This document shows, piece after piece, positions 16,971 through 26,177 of a stretch of 36,330 nucleotides of DNA (within the stretch, counting starts at the first letter, position 1; each line of letters opens with the position of its first letter). The notes under the pieces were generated by a model. That model had not been told where the DNA came from, did no database searches, and saw only the letters and a list, made by a program, of their open reading frames with translations. Source of the DNA: a virus; the IMG/VR virus record IMGVR_UViG_3300045988_012637, positions 1 to 36,330 of that record; one strand, written 5' to 3'. Made by a program: the position numbers and the translations under genes.

Positions 16971-17581
16971 AAGTAGTAATCGAATTAATCGGAAATGAGA
17001 GTAAAGAATCTTTGTTAGCAACATCTAACTATTTACGTGAATTGGCAGGGGGCGTTTTGCCTGTACCAACGGAAGCCAAAGTTCATGACCCGAACTATGA
17101 GGCAAAGCCTCTGAACGTTGAAGCAGCAAAAACCGACCTCGATAAGTTGGCGGACGCGGTTGTAGAGGCAACAAAGGTGAAGGACGAAGAGAAGCCTAAA
17201 ACAGTTTCCGAGATGGTGGAATCTGAACGCGCCAAGACACGCGCTAGGCGTGCCGTGAAGCCTGCAGAGGTTGAAGAGCCTGCAGAGGTTGAAGAGCCTG
17301 CACCGGTTGAAGAGCCTGCACCGGAAAAAGTGAAAGAAGAAGCTCCCGCACCAGTGGAAGAACCTGCAAAGGTAGAAGAACCTGCAAAGGTAGAAGAACC
17401 CGAAACGGATGCAGCATCTTATACTATTGATGATTGCAAGACTTATGCGATGAAGGCACTAAACGCGAAGAAACGCCCGATTGTACAAGAAGCTTTTGAA
17501 AGCGTAGGCGCTTCCAGTTTCCCGACGTTGAAGGAGGAAATGTTTAACGATTTTGTTGCATACATTTCAAGCCGTCTATAA
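16967..17581 (+). CDS. hypothetical protein with a central acidic Pro/Glu/Val repeat linker
   Basis: ATG ORF joined to neighbours by ATGA and TAATG. Central PAEVEEPAEVEEPAPVEEPAP...EEPAKVEEPAKVEEP. Confidence 0.5.
   Translation: MKVVIELIGNESKESLLATSNYLRELAGGVLPVPTEAKVHDPNYEAKPLNVEAAKTDLDKLADAVVEATKVKDEEKPKTVSEMVESERAKTRARRAVKPAEVEEPAEVEEPAPVEEPAPEKVKEEAPAPVEEPAKVEEPAKVEEPETDAASYTIDDCKTYAMKALNAKKRPIVQEAFESVGASSFPTLKEEMFNDFVAYISSRL
17261..17400 (+). repeat. in-frame tandem repeats: ~3.5 x 18 bp (CCTGCAGAGGTTGAAGAG family), then 2 x 18 bp (GAAGAACCTGCAAAGGTA)
   Basis: Read directly from the sequence. Confidence 0.85.
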
Positions 17582-18744
17582 TGGGACACGCAGAAAGAGA
17601 TCACGCGATTCTATCGCCGAGTAGCGCGAAACGATGGATTCATTGCACGCCATCGGCGCTACTAGCAGAAGCCGCCGGAAGCAAGTCAAGCGTTTACGCC
17701 GAGGAAGGCACACTAGCCCACGAAATGGCCGAACACGCTTTGACTAGATACCTGGAAGGCACATATGATCCAATCATAGATGGTGCCCTGACAATCAAGG
17801 ATGAACATTTCCGAAACCCGCTGTTTAGTATTGACATGGCGAATTACATTCGCGACTATTGCAATTACGTTATCGGTGAAAATTACGAAATGCAGAAGGC
17901 GGACGGCAAATGTAGAATGTATTTAGAGCGTCGAGTAGACATTACCGATTATGCGCCAGATTCTTTCGGATCGGTAGACGTAACACTAGTATCTGACAAG
18001 ACAATACACATTATAGATCTGAAGTACGGCGCAGGTGTTAAGGTAACCGCCGATCACAACGAACAAATGATGTTGTATGCTTTGGGAACTTTGAAGGCGG
18101 CAGCGTCGAAGGACATAACAAAAATCCGAATGACGATCGCACAAGTCAGATTAGACCACTACGACACGTTTGAAATGTCAAAGGGTGAGTTACTCGACTG
18201 GGCGGAGAAAGTCCTGAAACCAGCCGCAAAAGCGGCAATACAGGGCAAAGGGAAACAAGTTATTGGAAGCTGGTGCGGATTTTGTCCGGTTAAGGCCCAA
18301 TGCAGGGCGCAACGTGACGCAATACTTGCAGACTTCGACGAAAAGCCCGAGCCTCTTCTATTGTCTGACGAAGAAGTAACCGACCTAATCGGTAAGATCG
18401 ACACGTATAAGAGCTGGATCGAATCAGTTAATAAGTACGTTTACGATAGAGCGATACAGGGGCATAAATGGGAGGGCTACAAGCTCGTTGCGGGTAGAAC
18501 TAGTCGAGTTATCAAGGACGAGGCGAAGATACGTCAAGCGCTCTTAAATGAGTTCCTAGAGGACGAAGTACTAAACATCAAGTTAAAAGGTATCGGAGAT
18601 CTCGAAAAGTTGGTAGGCAAAAAAGTATTTAGTGCGAGGTTTGGAGATGCGATCGAATCAAGACCCGGAGCGCCTAAACTAGTGCCGGAATCCGCTAAGG
18701 GCGTGGAATATAGCCCGCTCTGCGACTTCGACATCGAAGGCTAA
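17581..18744 (+). CDS. PD-(D/E)XK nuclease, DUF2800/Cas4-like (phage recombination exonuclease)
   Basis: N-terminus HA.LSPSSAKRW.HC.PS is characteristic of DUF2800. IIDLKYGAG matches the D-x-K nuclease motif. C-terminal cysteines WCGFCPVKAQC resemble the Cas4 cluster. Confidence 0.75.
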   Translation: MGHAERDHAILSPSSAKRWIHCTPSALLAEAAGSKSSVYAEEGTLAHEMAEHALTRYLEGTYDPIIDGALTIKDEHFRNPLFSIDMANYIRDYCNYVIGENYEMQKADGKCRMYLERRVDITDYAPDSFGSVDVTLVSDKTIHIIDLKYGAGVKVTADHNEQMMLYALGTLKAAASKDITKIRMTIAQVRLDHYDTFEMSKGELLDWAEKVLKPAAKAAIQGKGKQVIGSWCGFCPVKAQCRAQRDAILADFDEKPEPLLLSDEEVTDLIGKIDTYKSWIESVNKYVYDRAIQGHKWEGYKLVAGRTSRVIKDEAKIRQALLNEFLEDEVLNIKLKGIGDLEKLVGKKVFSARFGDAIESRPGAPKLVPESAKGVEYSPLCDFDIEG

Positions 18745-18780
18745 CAGAAGTTAAAAAACAATTAAAGAATGTATAAACGG

Positions 18781-18810
18781 TTTGAAGTTTAAAATAAAGC
18801 GATATCTTTG
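18781..18810 (+). promoter_or_regulatory. promoter (-33 TTTG, 18-nt spacer, -7 TATCTTTG) upstream of the SSB gene
   Basis: Consensus boxes lie in the 106-nt intergenic gap. AAAATAAAGCGATATCTTTG parallels AAAATAAAGCCGTATCTTTG at 16237. Confidence 0.6.
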
Positions 18811-18850
18811 AACCGTGTTAGAAAAATAACAAATTAAAATCTTAAAAATT

Positions 18851-19432
18851 ATGAGTAGAAAATTGATCTTAAAAAACGTGCGTTTCTCTTATGTAAGAGT
18901 TTTCGAGGCAGAACAATTCAACGGAGTAGGTGACTTCCATTACAGTGTTGTTCTTCTGATCCCAAAAACTGACGTCGCCCTGGTTAAGCAAATCAACGAT
19001 GCGGTAAAGGCGGAAGCACAGGACTATTTTTCAAGGGACCCCAAATTCAAGGGACGTGTACCGGAAAATTACAAAAGCCCGTTAAAGGATGGCGACGCGC
19101 CAGAAAAAGAAGGGCAAGCCGGATTTGAAGGTATGTACTACATCACAGCGAAAAGGAAAGAGGAACACGGGCAACCGATCGTAATTGACAAAGGTAAACG
19201 CCCTATCACAGCGAAAGAGGATATGTATTCCGGATGTTGGGGAGTAGCTTCCATTTCAATCTACGGTTACAACATGAGCGCCGACAACCGCGGTATAACC
19301 TCCGGATTGAATGGAATTCAGAAGGTAACTGATGACGATAGACTGGACGGCGGATCAAGCGTCAACGACTTCGAAGATTTGAGTGATGAAAACGATGACC
19401 CGTTTGGAATGAACGAAAAATTACCATTTTAA
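18851..19432 (+). CDS. DUF2815-type single-stranded DNA-binding protein
   Basis: N-terminus LKNVRFSYVRVFE and an acidic C-terminal tail (DFEDLSDENDDPF). The canonical position is between the DUF2800 nuclease and DNA polymerase A. Confidence 0.65.
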   Translation: MSRKLILKNVRFSYVRVFEAEQFNGVGDFHYSVVLLIPKTDVALVKQINDAVKAEAQDYFSRDPKFKGRVPENYKSPLKDGDAPEKEGQAGFEGMYYITAKRKEEHGQPIVIDKGKRPITAKEDMYSGCWGVASISIYGYNMSADNRGITSGLNGIQKVTDDDRLDGGSSVNDFEDLSDENDDPFGMNEKLPF

Positions 19433-19499
19433 ATTAATCAGTGAATTTTTAAATATAATTATTAATCAATCTCGTTAAAACAAGTGTAAAATGATTCTC

Positions 19500-19533
19500 A
19501 AAAGCCGTGCCGAGTAGAAGCGGCGCGGCTTTT
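19500..19533 (+). terminator. rho-independent terminator (13-bp stem including one G-U pair, 8-nt loop, T-run)
   Basis: AAAAGCCGTGCCG-AGTAGAAG-CGGCGCGGCTTTT followed by AACTTT. It lies in the gap between the SSB and polymerase genes. Confidence 0.7.
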
Positions 19534-19557
19534 AACTTTAAAAACCCCTAAAAAGAC

Positions 19558-21558
19558 ATGAAACCAATTTATATAGATTTTGAAACTTATTCAAGCGAGG
19601 ACATTAAGAGCGGCGGCGCGTACAGATATACGCAATCGCCCGACTTTGAGATACTCCTTATTGGATACGCAGTCGGCGCAGGACCCGTTCATATTGTTGA
19701 TATGACGGGCGTAGATGCCTACGAGCGGTTTACGGACTTCGTGACCTTGATACTAGACGAGCAATATACGATCGTAGCGCACAACGCGCAGTTTGAACGG
19801 TTGTGTTTGATGGCATACGGTATCAACATTCCCGCGGAACGTTTCCTATGTACCGCGACTATGGCGTTATACGCCGGATTCCCTGAAAGTTTGGGAAATC
19901 TTTCTAAAGCCCTCGATCTGAAAGAGGGCAAAAAGGGCACAGGGCTAGCCCTTATAAAATTCTTCTGCCAACCACAGAAGCCGACTAAGGCGGACCCGGA
20001 AGGGTACCGGAACGATCCGAGAGATTATCCGGAAAAATGGGAAGAGTTTATAGACTACCTACGTTATGATATTCTTTCAGAACGTGAAGCGCAGGCACGC
20101 CTAGACTATTGCAAGTTCCCGCAGTCGGAGATAGACCTGTACCGGCTGGATCAAGACATTAACGACAACGGCATAGCCGTGGATATGGAACTAGCCGAAC
20201 GCGCGGACGCTCTGAACGAGGAATTTTGCAACGAATTGAAAAACCGTATTAAAACTAAGTACGGTATATCCTCTCTTAAGTCTACAATGCAACTAAAGGA
20301 CTTTGTAATGATCCAAACCGGAAAGTCTTTCGATTCGTTCCGGAAAGAGGACATAGAGCAGATTATGCAGGAGTGCGACAACGAACGAGTAGACGAAGTA
20401 CTAAACGCCCGGAAGATCATAAACAAGACTAGTAACGCCAAATATACAGCGATGCGCAACTGTGTGTGCTTCGATGGACGTGTACACGGCTTATATAGAT
20501 TTTATGGCGCGGGCCGTACTGGCAGATGGGCGGGTAGACTAGTCCAGATGCAGAATTTGCCGCGTAACTACATACACGACCTTGACGGCGCGCGTGATAA
20601 TGTTAAACACATGTGTTTGGCAGACTTCGAAACGTTTTGGGGGAATGTACCTGACACGTTATCGCAGCTTATCAGAACAACGTTTGTAGCTCCAAAGGGA
20701 ACTATATTCCATATCGCCGACTATTCAGCCATTGAAGCCCGTGTACTGGCGTGCCTGTGTCGCGAGGAATGGCGTATTGAAGCGTTCCGCAACGGGAAAG
20801 ATATTTATGTAGTGTCTGCAAGTATGACATTTAGTTTGCCCGAAAATCAATGCGGCAAAGGTACTCATTACCGCCAACAAGGTAAAGTGACCGAGCTAGC
20901 CCTAGGTTATGGCGGTTGGGTAGGTGCTATGTCTACGATGGACTACGAGAACGCAATTGACCCGGCATTATACAAGGATATTATATTGAGATGGCGTGCC
21001 GCCTCTCCACGAATAGTTGAGTTTTGGGAGGAGCTGGATAGCCGTGCAAAACTCTGTATCAGGAACAAGAAAGACGTGGAGGTTATCCGGTACGGTGTAC
21101 ACGTTTGTACATTTCAATGGTTTAAAGAAAACAATTCTCTAGCAATTTTATTACCTTCGGGCCGTCGTTTGTTTTATCCGTTTTGCCGGATTGCTACGAA
21201 AAGCGTGCATGGACGAGATCGAGAGGTTATAACATACAAGGGTCAGGACTTAACCGGAAAATGGGCGGACCTTGACACGTATGGCGGAAAGCTAACCGAA
21301 AATATAACGCAGGCAGTCAGCCGTGACTTATTGGCATACGGCATGCAAGAGATTGTAAAACGTTACCCGGCTGTTAAAATTGTGGGGCATATCCATGATG
21401 AGACGGTAAACGAAACGCCCTTAGATGATTTTGGCGAGCCAACCGTGTCACTTAAAGAGATTTGCGAAGCTATGGCAGCCACGCCAAAATGGGCGGACGC
21501 TTTCGGGATTCCGTTGAAGGCCGAAGGGTTCACTAGTAATTATTATAAGAAAGATTAA
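19558..21558 (+). CDS. family A DNA polymerase with 3'-5' exonuclease domain
   Basis: Exo motifs: IDFETYS, HNAQFE, YLRYDIL. Polymerase motif A is IADYSAIEARVLA, motif B is RQQGKVTELALGYGG and motif C is GHIHDE. Confidence 0.9.
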   Translation: MKPIYIDFETYSSEDIKSGGAYRYTQSPDFEILLIGYAVGAGPVHIVDMTGVDAYERFTDFVTLILDEQYTIVAHNAQFERLCLMAYGINIPAERFLCTATMALYAGFPESLGNLSKALDLKEGKKGTGLALIKFFCQPQKPTKADPEGYRNDPRDYPEKWEEFIDYLRYDILSEREAQARLDYCKFPQSEIDLYRLDQDINDNGIAVDMELAERADALNEEFCNELKNRIKTKYGISSLKSTMQLKDFVMIQTGKSFDSFRKEDIEQIMQECDNERVDEVLNARKIINKTSNAKYTAMRNCVCFDGRVHGLYRFYGAGRTGRWAGRLVQMQNLPRNYIHDLDGARDNVKHMCLADFETFWGNVPDTLSQLIRTTFVAPKGTIFHIADYSAIEARVLACLCREEWRIEAFRNGKDIYVVSASMTFSLPENQCGKGTHYRQQGKVTELALGYGGWVGAMSTMDYENAIDPALYKDIILRWRAASPRIVEFWEELDSRAKLCIRNKKDVEVIRYGVHVCTFQWFKENNSLAILLPSGRRLFYPFCRIATKSVHGRDREVITYKGQDLTGKWADLDTYGGKLTENITQAVSRDLLAYGMQEIVKRYPAVKIVGHIHDETVNETPLDDFGEPTVSLKEICEAMAATPKWADAFGIPLKAEGFTSNYYKKD

Positions 21559-21563
21559 TTAAC

Positions 21564-23954
21564 ATGGAAAAATACACTTTATCACTTGCGGGTTCTTCGG
21601 CTTCATTGAAGTGGAAGTCCGTACGTATGACCTGGGAAGCATTTTTGGAAAGACTAGGAACGCCAGTTATCACTAACGAAACGGTACGCGAGTTCGATAG
21701 ACTGGACAAGCCCGCTAAATCGTCTTTGAAGGACGTAGGCGGATTCATGGCTGGCGAGTTGTCTGGCGCTCAACGCCTTAAGAAGGCCGTTATGTCCCGT
21801 TCGATGATTACATTAGACGTAGATTTTGGGGACGATCTTTTCCCGTTCGATTTTGCGGATCGTTTTCCAGGTGTGGCGGCAGCTATTTATACCACTAGAT
21901 CAGACCGTCCCGGATCGCGCCGTTACCGTCTTATCATGCCGTTTAAAGAAGAAGTTACAGACGTTACTATGTACGAAGCCGCGGCGCGTAAAGTAGCCGA
22001 GTTGTTAGGTATCGATTTATTCGACAAAACAACGTTTCAGCCGGAACGTATGATGTACTGGCAATCTCTTTCCAAAGATCAAACCGGACTATTCGAAGTG
22101 TTCGAAGGCGAACCGATCAGCGCGGAGTATCTCGTAGGTTTGTACGGAGACAATGAAGAATGGCGCGACGTGCGCAAATGGGCATTCCATTCAGAGGTAG
22201 AACGTGATACCCGCGCCGTTATTAGTAAGGAGATGGCGAAAGACCCCCGCGATAAAGAAGGTTTGGTAGGCGCGTTTTGCCGCTCGTACACCATCCCCGA
22301 AGCCATAGAGAAATACTTGTCAGACGTTTACACGGAGGTAGACAACGGACGGTACACCTACGCACTTGGATCGGGCGCGGCTGGCCTAGTTGTGTACGAC
22401 GATGTACTGTGTTTTTCCCACCACTCAACCGACCCTATTGGAGACGGACACGCTTATAACGCTTATGATTTGGTACGTGTGCACAAGTTCGGACACCTAG
22501 GCAAGGAAGACAGTACCCGCGAGATGAACAAGCTAATTTGCGCGGATAAAGAGTGCGTTAAGGATATGGTAGCCGTGGACGATGATCTAGCTGACTTTGA
22601 AGAATACACGGACGATGTTAAGAGCGACGCGCAGACCGCCGCCGAGCTTGTTTGGGACTTAGATCGCAAAGGTGATAAATTGTGTACCGTTCGCAACTTC
22701 GTTAACGCTTTCAAGTGTGATCCGCTATTAAATGATCTATTAGCTTACGACTTGTTTCTCGATACGATCGTGTACACCCGTACGCCGTTCTTCTCGAAGG
22801 ACATAAAGAAGGGTGATATGTTGGACGACACAGCTGTAGCAATTATCCGTGGACGCATTGAGGATTTGCACGGTATTTATAATGACAGCAAATTAAACGA
22901 CGCGCTGGAAAAGGTTTGCAGCGAAAACGCTTTCCATCCTATCAAGAAGTACCTGGAGGCACTAAGATGGGACGGCGTGAAACGGATAGATAATTTCCTG
23001 GTCGATTACATGGGGGCAGAGCCTAACATCTACGTGTCCGAGGCGTTCCGCAAAATGCTGGTTGCCGCCGTTACTAGAGTGTACGAGCCGGGCCGCAAAT
23101 TTGATACGGCGCTTGTTATGTATTCAGGGCAGGGCGCGGGAAAGTCCACGCTTATACAGTCCCTTTCAAAAGGTTGGTTTAACGATTCGCTAACGGACGT
23201 GTCCGGGCAAAAAGCATATGAAGCGATACAACACGCCTGGATCGTGGAGCTAGCCGAGTTGTCGGCCCTTCGCCGTTCGGACGTGGAGGCTACTAAGAAC
23301 TTCATAAGCAAGCGCGAAGATACATATCGTAGTGCATACGCCCGCCGCGTCAAGACACACCGTAGACAATGCGTATTTTTCGGGTCTACTAACGACGATG
23401 AGTTTTTGAAGGACAAAACCGGAAACCGCCGTTTCTTTCCGATCGAGGTACGTGCCAACAAGAACACGCACAAGCTGTTTGAGAAGTCATTTGATAAAGT
23501 AGTAGACCAACTTTGGGCGGAAGCAATGGAGCTGTACATGTTGGGCGAAAGCCTTATCTTATCGGACGAAGCGGAAGCGATCGCTAACGAGGGACGCGAG
23601 GAATTTACAGAAGAAAGCCCACTAGTAGGTATTATAGAAAACTATGTAGATAAACTTTTCCCGGCTGACTACGAAGAGCGCACCGAACAGCAACGCGCCG
23701 ACTTCCTAGCCGGATCACTGGAAGAGATTGGGACGGTTCAAAAAAATACATTCTGTTTAATGGAGCTATGGGTAGACGCTTTGGGGCGCAAGAAAGAAGA
23801 TTATACAAGCGCGAAAGGGCGAGAACTGGCAACAGCTATGAGACAGATAGGCGGATGGTACAAGGGAAAGTTAAATAGAACTAAATTGTACGGCCGACAA
23901 GTAATTTATATCCGTAAAGGTAGCAAGGAAAGCCAAAAATTACTATCTTTGTGA
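21564..23954 (+). CDS. primase-helicase: N-terminal AEP/prim-pol-like domain fused to a VirE/D5-type P-loop NTPase
   Basis: ITLDVDFGD matches the AEP DxD motif. Walker A is YSGQGAGKSTL and Walker B is WIVELAEL. Size and position are typical of the DUF2800-PolA module. Confidence 0.8.
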   Translation: MEKYTLSLAGSSASLKWKSVRMTWEAFLERLGTPVITNETVREFDRLDKPAKSSLKDVGGFMAGELSGAQRLKKAVMSRSMITLDVDFGDDLFPFDFADRFPGVAAAIYTTRSDRPGSRRYRLIMPFKEEVTDVTMYEAAARKVAELLGIDLFDKTTFQPERMMYWQSLSKDQTGLFEVFEGEPISAEYLVGLYGDNEEWRDVRKWAFHSEVERDTRAVISKEMAKDPRDKEGLVGAFCRSYTIPEAIEKYLSDVYTEVDNGRYTYALGSGAAGLVVYDDVLCFSHHSTDPIGDGHAYNAYDLVRVHKFGHLGKEDSTREMNKLICADKECVKDMVAVDDDLADFEEYTDDVKSDAQTAAELVWDLDRKGDKLCTVRNFVNAFKCDPLLNDLLAYDLFLDTIVYTRTPFFSKDIKKGDMLDDTAVAIIRGRIEDLHGIYNDSKLNDALEKVCSENAFHPIKKYLEALRWDGVKRIDNFLVDYMGAEPNIYVSEAFRKMLVAAVTRVYEPGRKFDTALVMYSGQGAGKSTLIQSLSKGWFNDSLTDVSGQKAYEAIQHAWIVELAELSALRRSDVEATKNFISKREDTYRSAYARRVKTHRRQCVFFGSTNDDEFLKDKTGNRRFFPIEVRANKNTHKLFEKSFDKVVDQLWAEAMELYMLGESLILSDEAEAIANEGREEFTEESPLVGIIENYVDKLFPADYEERTEQQRADFLAGSLEEIGTVQKNTFCLMELWVDALGRKKEDYTSAKGRELATAMRQIGGWYKGKLNRTKLYGRQVIYIRKGSKESQKLLSL

Positions 23955-24013
23955 TACAAAACTTTCTTTTCTAATTTTTAAGGTTAATACTTTTAGGGTG
24001 GTTTTTCAGTTAA

Positions 24014-24050
24014 AAAGTCTTTCGTAGTGATACGCGAGACTTTATTTTTG
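24014..24050 (+). terminator. terminator-like hairpin AAAGTCT-(16 nt)-AGACTTT followed by ATTTTTG
   Basis: 7-bp stem with a T-run 1 nt downstream. The loop contains TGATACGC, shared with the 16094 hairpin. It follows the primase gene. Confidence 0.5.
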
Positions 24051-24079
24051 TTAATATACTAAAGTTTTTTGGGAAAAGT

Positions 24080-24110
24080 TTTGGTACTTCATAATTAAGT
24101 CGTATCTTTG
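24080..24110 (+). promoter_or_regulatory. promoter (-33 TTTG, 19-nt spacer, -7 TATCTTTG) with a conserved leader
   Basis: Consensus boxes are present. GTATCTTTGAAATGTCAAAAGGAAATAA plus CAATTAAAAATTA is duplicated at 25692. Confidence 0.7.
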
Positions 24111-24149
24111 AAATGTCAAAAGGAAATAAACCAATTAAAAATTAAAGAT

Positions 24150-24290
24150 ATGAAAAAGTATTATGTAAATGGAAAAGAGATCACAGAACAAGAAGCCATT
24201 GAAATTAAAACTAAAAACGCAGAATTGCAAAAGAGTACAGACCTCAATGACTGGTTAGGTATTCAATGGATAACGGAGATAAAAAAGTAA
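24150..24290 (+). CDS. small hypothetical protein (46 aa)
   Basis: The ORF-track entry 24108..24290 begins at a TTG inside the promoter -7 box. The first ATG is at 24150 (MKKYYVNGKEITEQE...). Confidence 0.45.
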   Translation: MKKYYVNGKEITEQEAIEIKTKNAELQKSTDLNDWLGIQWITEIKK

Positions 24291-24297
24291 ATAACCC

Positions 24298-24315
24298 GGC
24301 GGGGTAACACCCGCC
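24298..24315 (+). terminator. GC-rich hairpin GGCGGG-GTAACA-CCCGCC (no T-run)
   Basis: 6-bp perfect GC stem 8 nt after the stop at 24290. It is followed by an A-rich rather than T-rich tract. Confidence 0.3.
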
Positions 24316-24331
24316 ATAACACTAAAAAAAT

Positions 24332-24418
24332 ATGAAACAATTTGTAGTTTACACGTTTTGGGCGATCCTGTTTGTATTATTCATCTTATTGTGCTGCGAG
24401 CCAACAACTAGCGTATGA
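24332..24418 (+). CDS. possible small hydrophobic peptide (28 aa)
   Basis: Hand translation gives MKQFVVYTFWAILFVLFILLCCEPTTSV. ATGA overlap with the next ORF. Confidence 0.35.
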   Translation: MKQFVVYTFWAILFVLFILLCCEPTTSV

Positions 24419-24609
24419 TACAAATACTAAGGGCGGTGATTATAACGACGGACGGCGTTATAGTACAGGACTATGCAGAAGTCCAAGATAGTTTAGGTGT
24501 GTATGTCTGTTACGACATAGAAGCGGAACGGCGGTATATCGCCGAGTGTCAGACCCGAATGGGATTTACGGTTAAGCGGGTTAATCTAACTTATGTAACG
24601 AAGGAATGA
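24415..24609 (+). CDS. hypothetical protein (64 aa)
   Basis: ATG ORF coupled to its neighbours. Confidence 0.45.
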   Translation: MIQILRAVIITTDGVIVQDYAEVQDSLGVYVCYDIEAERRYIAECQTRMGFTVKRVNLTYVTKE

Positions 24610-25073
24610 TGTATATTATATTAGCGGCGGTACTTATCGTGATCGCCGCATATTATCCAATTAAACTTATAAAATTTTATTGTATGGAAAGTAAAGAACA
24701 AGGCTTGGAAGCCAAAATTACACGGGACTTAAGAGAAGGGAGAGTTTCTACTAACCTTGTTTTGCTGACAATTGGCGCGGGTGGTTTGCGTCTCACGCGT
24801 AACCATCTGGACGCTATTTTCGAATGGATGGTTCAGAATACGAACGCGTGGAGAGTGCACACGTACGCAGACGAAAAGATAGTGGTGGTGTTTTCGCATT
24901 CGCCATTCCACCCGGAAGAGTGGGACAATTGCGAGGACTACAAACACGTTATGCACCGAATGTTCGGCGATTTCGGAACAAAGGATTTTTTCACGTCCCG
25001 CGCCACTGTGGAAGAATCTGACCGTATTAGGGAAAACCTAGAAATTTTATTAAAAGAATATAGCAATGAGTAA
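24606..25073 (+). CDS. hypothetical membrane-anchored protein (155 aa)
   Basis: N-terminal hydrophobic helix MMYIILAAVLIVIAAYYPI followed by a soluble domain. Confidence 0.5.
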   Translation: MMYIILAAVLIVIAAYYPIKLIKFYCMESKEQGLEAKITRDLREGRVSTNLVLLTIGAGGLRLTRNHLDAIFEWMVQNTNAWRVHTYADEKIVVVFSHSPFHPEEWDNCEDYKHVMHRMFGDFGTKDFFTSRATVEESDRIRENLEILLKEYSNE

Positions 25074-25335
25074 CAAGAAGAAATTAAAATCAAAGGACGG
25101 TGCTACACGGATCACACCGGATAAGAGCGTAGGGTATTTTTGCGGTATGTATAAGCTGCAAGCGTACGACAAGAAGGCCGACCAATGGGGCGATATAGAA
25201 GGGTGCGCCCTTCTTACATGGACAGAAGCAACCACGGCCCGAAAGAACTTCGTAGCACTGCGGAAAGCGTGCAAAGTGGCAAACGGCGTGAGCCTTAACA
25301 TTAACGTACCAACGGATGAAAGCAACGGAAACTAG
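25066..25335 (+). CDS. hypothetical protein (89 aa)
   Basis: ATG ORF overlapping both neighbours by a few codons. Confidence 0.45.
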   Translation: MSNKKKLKSKDGATRITPDKSVGYFCGMYKLQAYDKKADQWGDIEGCALLTWTEATTARKNFVALRKACKVANGVSLNINVPTDESNGN

Positions 25336-25624
25336 CGAAAAGGTATTCGAGCGCACTATGTCTAGGTACGTGGAGAGTAAAGGAGGGATGGCAGTTAAGC
25401 TGCTATCCCAATTTATTAACGGTTTGCCGGATCGGATGTACTTGTTACCGGGTGGGACGGTTATCTTTGTTGAATTCAAGTCTACAGGATGCAAACCAAG
25501 GCCGATACAGCGTGTTATACTCGATCGGATCGCCGCGCTTGACTTCAATGTACGCGTAGTGTCGAACCCGGAAGAATACAACGATTTGAAGGAATTAATA
25601 GACTTCTACGTTAACGGACGTTAA
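25316..25624 (+). CDS. VRR-NUC domain nuclease (PD-(D/E)XK)
   Basis: GLPDRMYLLPGGTVIFVEFKSTGCKPRPIQ matches the G-x-P-D ... E-x-K ... Q signature of VRR-NUC. The size is about 100 aa. Confidence 0.75.
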   Translation: MKATETSEKVFERTMSRYVESKGGMAVKLLSQFINGLPDRMYLLPGGTVIFVEFKSTGCKPRPIQRVILDRIAALDFNVRVVSNPEEYNDLKELIDFYVNGR

Positions 25625-25669
25625 CTAAGAGCATTTAATGCAAATCAAAGTTAAGAGTTTACCCTATAT

Positions 25670-25700
25670 TTTGGTAGTATGAAAAGAACCCGTATCTTTG
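25670..25700 (+). promoter_or_regulatory. promoter (-33 TTTG, 19-nt spacer, -7 TATCTTTG) with the same leader as 24103
   Basis: Consensus boxes and a duplicated leader sequence. Confidence 0.7.
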
Positions 25701-25739
25701 AAATGTCAAAAGGAAATAATCAATTAAAAATTAGAAATC

Positions 25740-26177
25740 ATGAAAAAGTTAATCAGTATTTTAGCAGTAGTTTTATTATCAGTTAGCGCAATGGCGCAAG
25801 TATCATCCGCATCAGGCGATTTAAAAACGCTTAAGTCTTTCCGCCTGGGAGCTTGTAAGATCGTGGAAGTCACGAAGGGCGACGCGGTAACGTATAAGAT
25901 CACCGGACGGCCGGTCGATACAACAACAATAGAAATGAACATAGCATTAGGGGACGCGGACGCGGCGGTTAAGACGCTCTTAAGCCTGGCCGAGTACAAA
26001 ACGTCAAGCTCTAGAGAAGTTGTAAACCTCAACAACCCCGGAGATAACGCCGCGCGATATGACAAATTTTTTGCGGGTTGGAGGATCCAAAGTCAGGGAG
26101 GGCAATTTGAGCTTCACGTCTCTAGGGGCGAACTTAAGAAGATGGCAGAAGCAATTAATAAATCTCTAAACAAATAA
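25740..26177 (+). CDS. secreted/exported protein of unknown function (145 aa)
   Basis: Classical signal peptide MKKLISILAVVLLSVSAMAQ. The gene has its own promoter. Confidence 0.6.
   Translation: MKKLISILAVVLLSVSAMAQVSSASGDLKTLKSFRLGACKIVEVTKGDAVTYKITGRPVDTTTIEMNIALGDADAAVKTLLSLAEYKTSSSREVVNLNNPGDNAARYDKFFAGWRIQSQGGQFELHVSRGELKKMAEAINKSLNK

Noticed and set aside
24108-24149. N-terminal extension of ORF 24108..24290 as given in the ORF track
   Set aside because: Its start is a TTG lying inside the -7 promoter box, so these bases are promoter and leader. The first ATG at 24150 is used instead. The same reasoning applies to TTG 34365 versus ATG 34371.
25090-25581. 163-aa ORF on the minus strand, and similar long minus-strand ORFs at 3736..4257, 23030..23539, 29607..30179, 33263..33679 and 14642..15085
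   Set aside because: Each lies entirely inside a + strand gene with clear family motifs (VRR-NUC, BACON protein, primase, Dcm, TerL, endolysin). They have no promoter context and their composition is low-complexity or odd. They are antisense shadow ORFs.
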